Of a DNA stretch of 64,000 nt, positions 11,957-22,500 are shown piece after piece; within the stretch, counting starts at the first letter, position 1; each line of letters begins with the position of its first letter. This DNA comes from Oopsacas minuta. Lineage: Eukaryota > Animalia > Porifera. Under the pieces are notes generated by a model. The model saw only the letters and a program-made list of their open reading frames with translations. It was not told the DNA's origin and searched no databases. The stretch lies in assembly GCA_024704765.1 (NCBI GenBank), contig JAKMXF010000321.1:930001-994000 (forward strand), given 5' to 3'. The translations under genes were made by a program, and so were the position numbers.

Positions 11957-12519
11957 CAGGGGCGTAGATCCCGGGGGGGATGGAGGGATATATCCCCCAC
12001 TTATAAGCTTGGGGGATGCTCTATGTAATCATCCCTCCTACATTTTAACTTTTGAGATACGTCTACATTATTTTTGCTCTCAAATCTTTTGAGTTTCAGC
12101 AGATTATCCTCTTGTTATATTCAAATTACACTGTTCTCGAGTATGTTTTCAAAGATATGAATCTGAGATGTCATTCCCTATCTACTCATTGAAATATACG
12201 CTATAATCCGGATAAATGTATACTTGTAAATAATCTCTATCGTGCTCATTAATAATTCTCACTCGTAGAGTCTCTCCGAATAATTTATACTTTAATCTAG
12301 ATATATTAAATCAATAGGTTATTTTCACACTACCAAGTATAAAGTATATTATATATCCTATGATCTATGTTCTTAGCTGTTTGTATTATGTTTATCTATC
12401 TTTTTGGCGAGTTAGGAAGTTTAATGACTACGATTATGGCATATTCATATTTGTCATATGTAGAAAAGTGCTAGTTTTAAATTCTCCATTCCCCCAGAAA
12501 ATTACGGATCTACGCCCTG
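11957..12519. mobile_element. Non-autonomous hAT-like element
   Basis: TIR CAGGGGCGTAGATCC...GGATCTACGCCCTG with G-rich subterminal tracts. No TSD recognisable. Confidence 0.55.
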
Positions 12520-12593
12520 GGGACTGTCGCTATTTAAAAAACCCAACCCGACTCAGCCATGTCATCCAGTCAAACTGAACCGAAAGCGAATGG

Positions 12594-12715
12594 CAAGGCT
12601 CCCAACTCTCACGATTTCGGGCCTATAATTACTGCAGAATCCCTGGTCTTTTAATAAAAATTAATACTAAATTGTACATCCCACAATTTTGAAGGTTTCC
12701 AGGTTGAGAGCCCTG
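12594..12715. mobile_element. MITE family B, copy 1
   Basis: TIR CA(A/G)GGCTC(C/T)CAAC...GTTGAGAGCCCTG. Inverted homologue at 49512-49627. Flanks GAATGG / TAATGG. Confidence 0.7.
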
Positions 12716-13098
12716 TAATGGTCATGTCATATTATAACCCACAATTTTGTTTGCTATAACAGCTTAGCTGTTTCTATCCCTGGTATAGAAGCCAACTTGT
12801 AAGCTGTGAGAGTTGGCATCTCTGCTCTGGTAATGTCGAGTGGTGCTTGCAGGAAATTTTGGTCCCTCTGGAAACTTTGCCCGGGCGACCTAAATTCAAT
12901 GGAATAATACTCCTTAGGACAAAATTTTTGGCCCAATTTTCCAGTGCCAGTTGATTCTCTGAGTCAAACTTACTGTCTAACCGCTCTTGGTCTAGTTCAA
13001 ACCTGATCAACTGTATCATAACCCCATGTAATTCTTTTTTATGGGAAATAATATTATAAAGTTATTATGCATTAAATGTGTAGCAAAAATGGCAAAAG

Positions 13099-14232
13099 CT
13101 ATTTCCTACTACTGTAATTACGAATTATTAAACTTGTATTCAATTCATGTACTTTGATTCTGTAAACAGCATACTTCCTTCTAATTGCTTTGTGAGATAG
13201 TTGGTACAAACTGAATAATGTGGCCAAAAGTATTGGAATCACAATAATGAACATTCCAATAAAGGTAATTATGTTGACTAACGCAAGCGCGTATTTGAGT
13301 ACTGAGTCTAGGAGATGTATTTGTTCTTTTGTCAATGGAGGACTGTACGGCTCTTGCATAATCATGTTCAGTGGGAAAAAACATTTGCCGAAGAAAATGT
13401 AAGATAGGATGATGTCAATAATATTTATTAAACAAACGGAGAAACTAATAAACAGTAATGCTGTATAAACGGTAGTTGAAGTGTATTTGAAGTATCTACA
13501 TTGTTTTAACGCTTCTTTGTTATTTCCGTATTGCGTAAGACATTGTATTGATCTTATATTGAGTGTGACTCTGAATTGTTTCACTGTTTTAACAAAAATA
13601 CCAAAATAGACAGCTGAAGTTAAAATGAATAATATTCTGCCTATATTGAGTAGTGGGTATATACTCGATAGTATAATTATCATGACACATAGTATAACGG
13701 TTGCGAATAAAAACCTTTTATTATTGAAGACTCCATACAGGTATTCTACCTTCTTTATCCTCTTGGTAAGGAAATTCATTAAACAAATTCCCAGAGCAAG
13801 AACAAGTAGAGAGCAACAGTTTGCAAGTGAATCAATAGTATTGAGTAGATCGGTTGAGGATTCAGATATCTCTTCAATATAATGACTGTGTGCATTGCCA
13901 CAATGCTTAACTCTATTGAAAAAATAATGGCGATAATATGAATCAATTCTCCAATAGTGCGCCACCATAAGTTTGATATAATAGAATGTACCAGTGAGGA
14001 ATTCAGCCGTGTTGATTGAGATTAGAAATACAGATTTCCATATTTCAGTCTGATAATGATAGCAAAGCTGCTTGTTAACATATCCAGCATCAGTTTCTGA
14101 TATATTATTCATGGCAATTTTATTGTATTTTATACTATGGCGGATAATTAGTATAAATTTAATCGTCCAATATACACTTAGCAGTAAAGCCATCACAAGA
14201 AGACTACTAGATACAATTATTGTTACTAACAT
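13099..14232 (-). CDS. Orphan seven-transmembrane protein (GPCR-like topology), paralogue 1
   Basis: Intronless. The track starts at a TTG (14268); the first ATG is at 14232. Seven hydrophobic segments, with basic loops after TM1, TM3 and TM5 and a basic C-tail (N-out topology by the positive-inside rule). Paralogous to 47632-48756. No rhodopsin-family motifs (DRY, NPxxY) seen. Confidence 0.85.
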   Translation of the reverse strand: MLVTIIVSSSLLVMALLLSVYWTIKFILIIRHSIKYNKIAMNNISETDAGYVNKQLCYHYQTEIWKSVFLISINTAEFLTGTFYYIKLMVAHYWRIDSYYRHYFFNRVKHCGNAHSHYIEEISESSTDLLNTIDSLANCCSLLVLALGICLMNFLTKRIKKVEYLYGVFNNKRFLFATVILCVMIIILSSIYPLLNIGRILFILTSAVYFGIFVKTVKQFRVTLNIRSIQCLTQYGNNKEALKQCRYFKYTSTTVYTALLFISFSVCLINIIDIILSYIFFGKCFFPLNMIMQEPYSPPLTKEQIHLLDSVLKYALALVNIITFIGMFIIVIPILLATLFSLYQLSHKAIRRKYAVYRIKVHELNTSLIIRNYSSRK

Positions 14233-15753
14233 TGTAAAAATTAATATTTCCACTTTAAGTTTTAACAACTATGTTTATATACTATATATACAATCGAAAA
14301 TACTTTACATATTTACATATAAGATACCTCATAATATGTTAACTAAAATACTGCTTAGTAATCTAATGAGGTATGTGATGTACCCAGAGTTCCAGGAGAA
14401 TTTTTGCAAATTTTATTGCAACTGATTAGAAATGAATAATACATAATATGGTCATATGAATAATTCATATTATTTCCCAATCGAATTCAAACGAAATTAA
14501 GTGATTCCTCTGCAATTCTTTCAAGGGTACTTTATAACATTAGCAAACAGATGATAATTATACTGGTAGAAATCAGGTGACGGAAAATTTAAAATATTAC
14601 ATAATATTATCTATCGTATTTCTTATTCTTCCTCACATTGAACAACACATCTGTATAAAGGCGATGTGAGGTAAATTAGTTGATACATTTCATAATGGAT
14701 ACATGCCATTGAGGGGGGGGCAAATTCTCGGGGCCCTTTAAGAGCTTTAATAGGCCGGTTAACATCTCTATAAGTAGTACACAAACTCTCATGGCCTATG
14801 GTTATAATTTGTTTAAAATTGTGTATCATGACCACACCGAAGTCTACTTTTTGGCCAGGTTTGGTCATGTTTGGTCAAGTTTATCCTAAATGGTTACAGA
14901 AGATTAACTTGGCCAGAAATAAATATAAAATCTCTCTGTGGCCAAATGTGGCTAAGTTCGGTCATAGGACCTCAGGTTGAAAGACCCTGTTATAATATAC
15001 AATATCGAGATGATTTTGACTTGGCGAATCTATACGTATTAATTAACGGTTTCTGCCTAACAAAAAGTGTGAAAAGTTGTCAACTCTCACTGCAAACTCG
15101 TGAGTATGTCAAATTTTCACGGCTGTAAATCTAAATTACACGCTTTTTGGAAGAAATCTTACTCCTTGGTGACATGTTGAGCCGCCAGCATCTATGTGTT
15201 AAACATGAAGTAGAAGTGAAGACAAAATTTTTATAAGGAAATTTTTCTGAAATATGATAAACAAAATTTTGAAAGTTTTGGAAAATTTATGCCTGGTTTA
15301 GGGAACAAGGGGTTTATCCAGGAATTTCTGGGCCGGCACTTTTTGAACATTTACAAGGAAACAAAAGTGGGGATACAATTTGTTTGGATTAAGTTTATTA
15401 ATAAGATAAGAATACCGTATTCAGCATCTTCACATGGGACTGGGCAATATAAACTTGTGCCCGAACAATAGAAGTTGTAATACTAATATACAGTAGCCTA
15501 GCTAGGCCAAGCTCCCTCAGGCCAAGACCGGACAAAATTGTGCTCTATTACTCCGAATTTAGTTAAATCTATTAGATTTCAAGGAGCAAAATGAAATCTC
15601 TATCGCACTCTATATTCGTAGCAACTTTACATGCTCGGGGTTAATTGAAGTATATCCTATCATAAATGTATTCACATCATATCTAATTAGAGAAGAACCT
15701 TAGAATTTGTGAATTAAAATGGAAGGGATTAATTCTTTATTAACCTTCGCTTG

Positions 15754-16054
15754 CAGTGGCGGATCTATGGGGGGTATGGGGGGTATGCATACCCCCCACC
15801 AGCTTTGTTAAATTATGTATTTCGTCTACTCAGTAGAGTGAATAAAATACAAACATCACCATAAAATATTTGTTGATGTTTGGTTAAAACACTACATATT
15901 GAGAAATACTGGCTGTTATAGTATAATTACAATTTGTTAAAATAACGAAATAAACTGATAATGATCAGGTAAAAGAGCAAAATCCAATAATTGAATATTT
16001 TGACGGTTGGGTAGGCGGCATACCCCCAACCAGATTTTTCTAGATCCGTCCCTG
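15754..16054. mobile_element. Non-autonomous hAT-like element
   Basis: TIR CAGTGGCGGATCTA...TAGATCCGTCCCTG; flanks TTCGCTTG / TTCTCTTG (7/8, 8-bp TSD). Confidence 0.75.
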
Positions 16055-16507
16055 TTCTCTTGGTGTATATCTTGTTTCAAGCTATAAATACATTTTGCAA
16101 GGAAATCAAATAGTATCAGGTGAATAATTGTCTAGGATATCCTGATATGCAATGCTTGAGTTTCTATCGTATTTATCAATCTGTAGCTATGTGACTAACA
16201 GAAATATTTATTAGAAACTAAATATAAATTGTTTCTAATTTTATAAAATATAAGAATGTTGCTAATTTAATATGGAAAATAGTTGCTCTAATAGATTAGT
16301 TTGCGAATTAGCATTGGAAATTACTATTTGTTAAATTGTGAAACTCACTGAAACTACTTTTTTTGTTTGGCAATTGGCAAGCAGAATTTCTTCTCTCTTG
16401 CTCATATTCAATTCATCTCGAATGATAAAATAATTCAGTCTATTGTTAATATAATGATATTATCTCTAGCTATCAAAAACTATTAACTTTTCAGTGTGGT
16501 GATAGAA

Positions 16508-19500
16508 ATGGCAAGTAATATTGATCTCCAACCTCTAACATCTGTCACAAGTAGATTAGATACGGAAATACAGAATAACAACAATGATTCATTCAATACT
16601 GGCTCGATGAGTTTATGTGTTTTAATTGAAACAGATCAACAAAACCAATTAGTTATAATAAGTGAATCGTTTGGAACTGCTTCAGCTAAACATCTGACAA
16701 AAGTAAAGACAGTACAGGGAGATGAAATTAAAGAAGTGGAAGAACAACGTGTCAAGGTATAAGAAGTTTACAAGTAGATATACGTACTTAAAACTTTTCG
16801 TAGTAATAAAAGCTCGCTATCGCATTCAAAAGTTTTTCAAATACAATTAAGATATTCGAACATCAAAATAGCATAAGATTCTACTTAAAGGGCGGCACAA
16901 CTGCTGCGACAGGACAACTTTACCGGATCAACGGATCATTATCCAGAATTGAATTACATTTAAAGCTAGAATAAAATCAAATGAATGTGTTTGGTATTTT
17001 AACAATATTGAGGTATAGAAAAATGACTCGAACCTAATTGGCCTAAGCAGGAACAGTTAATAACTTAAAATACTCATGGCATGTTCTCACCGTACCATGA
17101 CTTTTTGAATGAGGTGCAGCCCATTTACTACTGTTTAGTGTGAGAGATTTATATCAGTCTACCTTATAGATACTTCAAGACCTTGATAAAAGTAAGATGG
17201 ATATTGATATGTAAGTTACTTCTTATACTAAGTACTTTCAATAATTTATGTACAAAAGTTATAGATACAATAGCTGCATAGGTGTAGGGAAGGGATCAGG
17301 AGGTGCGATCAGGAGGTGCGAACGTCTCCCTCTAAATCAGCAACTTATATTGTAAGCAGGCATAGGGCACGAGTTTGTTAACCGAAATAAGTGGTGTAGT
17401 TAAAACATTTTCGATAATAGCGGTGAGCCGGTTAACCCCCTGCAATTATTCTTTAATACAATCAATCAAGTTTTGTGACTCAAATTATAATTTCAATAAA
17501 TAGTTATTATATATGCAATAGTAATGTGATTGTACGTATCTTACTAAAGGATTGAAATTTGAAAATACAATGGTACAACTTATAAATGTTTAACTCGCAG
17601 AATTTGTGTAAATATAATTTCGTACCTCTCAAAACCTTAGCAACACTGAATAAATTTTGGTGGAAATTACACTATTCGGTTAACTGGGCATATTTTCTCC
17701 TAGAAGTTAACTCGAGATAGCGACGGTTAACGGGCTAACCGAATCCAGCCCTGGCAGGCAATTCATTACGATTACCTCTGTGTGTATAGTTAAACGTCAT
17801 ATTGTTTTATGGGGGCATAGCGCTACGGACAGGGTCTGGTTAATTGATTAAATAGGTAGGCTAATTCAGATCAATCATTAATATTCAGTTATATGTACCG
17901 TTAGTAGTAGTCCGTTACAAATATAATTCACCAGTCTTGTATTTACAAAAGTCACTAATAAAATTGGTTCGTTTTTAGGTAACAATTTGTTTATCTTAAC
18001 TGAAAGTGATGAAAACCTTAAAGATTGCCAAAATTCAATTCGATTCAATCCAATCGAACAGGTTGTCGTTTGTCGATCGCAAAATTTCTATCGATTGGCT
18101 TGGACTGGTAATCCTCCTCAAAATACATAATTTTAACTATTGAGCTAAATATTACCCATACCGTCATGAGTCAAATATGTATTTGGAATAAAGGAGGGAC
18201 TATCCGTGGCTGCCATATATGGTCCGATGGACCATTATAGCAGCAGACCAAATAGCGTGACAGTGCCCTAGGCTACAGCCTAGTTAGCCTATGCCTTAAT
18301 TTGCAGTATCCACATAACATATTCTTTTCTGGACATGGTTCACCTTTGAATAATAAACTTCTGGAATTATGGAGGGCTAAGCGGTTGATTTAGGCCGATA
18401 GATTGCAATAAAAATATTTGTGAGTTTTTCGCGCTCAAATACATAGATAATAATGAAAGTTTAGATAATTCTGATTTCGGATTCCTATCCTACACAACAG
18501 AAATGTCCAGTGCAGTAATAGCTACCAATCATGTTGATAATTAATCAATCATTAGAACCATGTCCATGTGCCACTGGTTCCATAATGTACAATGGTGGTA
18601 ATCGGGAAAAGTGCTACATAGTGACACATGATGACAATTTTCAAACGAACCAATATTATTAAATCTCAATTATTGTTTGTCTGTTTGTTTGTCACACTTT
18701 TGGATTAATTATATGTAAATTTATTGTTGTTTTATGAATATGAAGTAAACAAATTTCAAAAATGGGGTAGAAACATGCTTACAATGGTTATACCGAGGTA
18801 ATCGAGTATGCTGAGTCCAAATATGATATTGTAAACAACATTTTATGAATATTTGTTACTTTTAGGGACATAAAGTAAGCAGATTTAACAAGTGCGGACA
18901 CGAACTCTTCGCAACCGCGTCGCGCGAGCAAGCGAAGCGAGCTAGTATATATCCAATTGAGTTAAAAGCGTCTTCGATACTTAATGCTGATGCCTAGAAT
19001 ACGATTCTGAAATCAAAATTGCAATATCTCATACAAAATGTAAATACATCACTGCAGTATATTAGATGTATATAATACTATTTTCAATGGAAATTTTTGG
19101 GTGTACGTGTACGTAGACTTTTGTTAGGGCAGGATCAATGGCGTTTTGATAGTATTAGTATAGATGTGTTTATTCTTTCAAAAGGCTAAAAGAATTTCTA
19201 TGTCTCCTTGTAGATTTGAAGTTGTGGATGAAATAGTGAAAATAAATAATCCAGGAGCACTCCGCTTGGCTGTAGCTCAGGATATAGTCAGCACTAACAC
19301 AAGATTTACACAATCTGATGGAAACTCTATAATACACCATACAGCATTAAATGGGACAACTGAGTGCTTACAATATCTCTTAAATGAAGTGTATGAACAA
19401 TTTCCGTTTGATTTGAAGAATGATAAAGGGTTCACCATCCTCCATTGTGCAGTGCAAGGTGGAAATAATGAGAACGTTGGGATGATATTGAACTTCATCA

Positions 19501-22500
19501 AATCCGATGATAAAACTTCTCAATGCAAGGAAAAGATTATAGAGTTTTTACATGCTAAATCAAAATTAGGTAAACCCTTTAATTGTCAACATCATACTTG
19601 CCAACCCTCCCGGATCCTAGGATTTCACACAGATTCTGTAGTTTACACGGCATTCTAATATTAAAATTTTTTAACAAGGGAAAGTCCGTGGTTTATTATC
19701 AAAAGAATTCAAAATGTTTCAGGGCTTCGGTATCGATGTAGGAAGTATTACTCAATAAACATCATCATACATACTTGCCAACCTTCCCAGGATCCAGGCT
19801 ATCTGACTTGATATCCAGGGAAAATATTTGATACGCGCGCTTTACTTGCTCGCGCTGCGCGGCTTGCGAACACTCTATGTTCGCATGGGACTCGGCGCTT
19901 CGTGTCTCGGATTAACCAAAGTATATAAGTAGCAACATATTCACAATACGTTAGTGACAAATTCATATTTGGAATCAGCTTACCCGATTACGCCAGTATG
20001 ACTATTGAAAGCAAGTTTCTTGGATTAATTCGAAAATTGGATTTATACTCACAAATAAGTGAAGAGAATTTGGCATTATTTCTTGGATTCGTTAAGATCG
20101 TGACGTGGCAACTTGAGGATCTGATCTTGGCCTCCTGGATTGTTGGATGGTGTGTTTTGGGTGGCAATTGTCCGAGGATGTGGCTGTTTGATGCCATTAG
20201 CTATAGGAGAAGAGTTACTGTTGAATGAGTGCATTTATACTCACTTTAAGTGAAGAGAATATGTCATTATTTCTTCGATTCGTTATGATCATGACTATTC
20301 ATCCTATGTTTACATATACACACCCCCTTTTGATATCAATAAAACCAAGCAACAATCTTATTGATTTCGGTAAGATATCCTTTCAGCAAAATACCCTTTC
20401 GGCAAGATATCCTTTCGGCAGGATGTCTTCGGCATAATGTCCGTCGGCTAGATGTCTTTCGGAAAGGTGTCCTAGCACCATATTATATACTCAGATCATC
20501 TTCCCCTATCATTATAATACAAAGTTACAAACAAATAAACAAACAAACAAACAGACCCCCACAATACTTGAGTTTGAATAATATAGATTTCGCGTAATTT
20601 TCTGACAAAACAGTGAAAATTTCATATTATTTGCATATAAAATTAGAAATCTAAGGAAATTTTGAAAATCCCGGGATTTCGAGATAAATATCCAGGAAAT
20701 AATTAGAAAGGGTAGGGAATTATGCAATATACTTCTAATTATTAACGGCGAGTACGATTCGCTTCTAAGTTCGCTATAGGTATATAGCTAAGTTGTTTAA
20801 TACGTCTTTTAATGAAGACGTATTATACGTTTAATCTACAATGACGTAACTTCTATTAGGCTGATTTCTGCAATATATATTTTGCATGAAAACAGAAGTT
20901 CTCGAATTGTTAATGAGAATTATCAGCATAGTTAACCAAATTATATAATACTTGATAATCATGTGACTTATACAAGTCTAAAAATCTCATATTTCGAGAT
21001 GAACCTACACGTATAATAAGTCAAGTAGATCACGTATAACGTATTATACGTTTAATACGTATTATCCGTTATACGCATATTATACAACTTAGGTATATAG
21101 TTTATGGGCACTTTTGTGCCATAAATTATGATATACATACAGTATTGTAAAAAATTTTGATGATTTGATCATCCTGGAGGAAATTGTATGCATAAAGTAG
21201 CAAAAGTGGGATATAGAAAGTTAATTTAAATGTAAATAAATATTTGTTTGTATTGTTTTGGTCCAACTGGTACAAATATCACGCACGCAATAGTTAGAAA
21301 CATTAACCAGGCAATTGTCTGACCATTCTTTGTGTCTCCTGACAGGTCAGACCATTTCCAATTGCCTGACTACTTGTAATTTGTTTCCACCGAGCCTGGT
21401 TGTAATTGACAATGTATCGTCTAGGTAACAACGCACTACATCTCTGTGCTGTTTATGACAAGCCAGATCCGATACGTCCCTTGTTAAGAGCTGGCACGAA
21501 GCTGTCGGAAGGAGATTCGAATCGAAACACCCTTATACATCTAGCAGCTGAGAGAAATAGCGTAGAATACTTCAAGAGAATTGCTATGTACCATAATGTA
21601 GATAGAGCAGCAGATAAGGACGAAGCTCTTAGTAAGTTTAATCACTTAGCTCTAGAATCAAATTGTAAACTTCGACAAACCCGGAACCTGCATAAGCCGA
21701 AATAATTCTATAATCCGACTGTGTTTCTGATCTGATATAGCTTACGGGCTATACAAATTCAACTATATAATCCGACAATTTGCTATACCGGCAAATTTTA
21801 ATGTCCCAACGAGTGTCGGTTTATTCAGGTTCCACTGTATTTATATTGTTGTTTCAGCTCAGCCTAATAATCATCTTTCAGTACATGAATTACTGTTACT
21901 GAAGAATCAACCAGCTATCTTCCATTCGAATAATAACGATAATTACATAGTATTGTAAATATGCATTCTTTCTATTAGGGGAATTTAGAGACTGCTTTCA
22001 GCTTCAAAATAAAGAAAGGAAAATCCCAGTGCTCTTGGCAGAAGATAGACCAATCATTGAAGGAATTCTAAAATACTCTGACATAACTGCAGAAGCTGAT
22101 GAAGATATAGGAAGTCTGATTCATGTTACTGCAGTTTATAATAATATAGGATTAGCTCAGGCATTAGTTAAGAGGAATGTAAAATTGGATGTAGTTAACA
22201 AGATTGGAGTCTCGCCGCTAAAATATGCTGCTAAGAGAGGTAGTGGAGGAGTGCTGAGAATTCTACTTGACAACAAAGCTAATCCCAATTACATAGGAGA
22301 AAAAATTCGGGGCTATACTGCATTGAATATAGCAGTTCAATTCGGGCAGTTTGGTTGTGCTAAGATTTTGATGGATTACGGAGCAGATGTATACAACAGA
22401 GACATGACACACTCAGCATTGCATTCAGCTGCAACGGGAGGACATGCTAAAATAGCTAAGTATTTAATTAAAGTAGCAGGAATGAATGTAAACCAGTTTA

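Noticed and set aside
19570-19658. C-terminal ends of track ORFs 19164, 21406, 22029 and 24492, and the N-terminal part of 24492 (24492-24606)
   Set aside because: Read-through into introns; GT-AG sites give a phase-consistent spliced model that excludes them.
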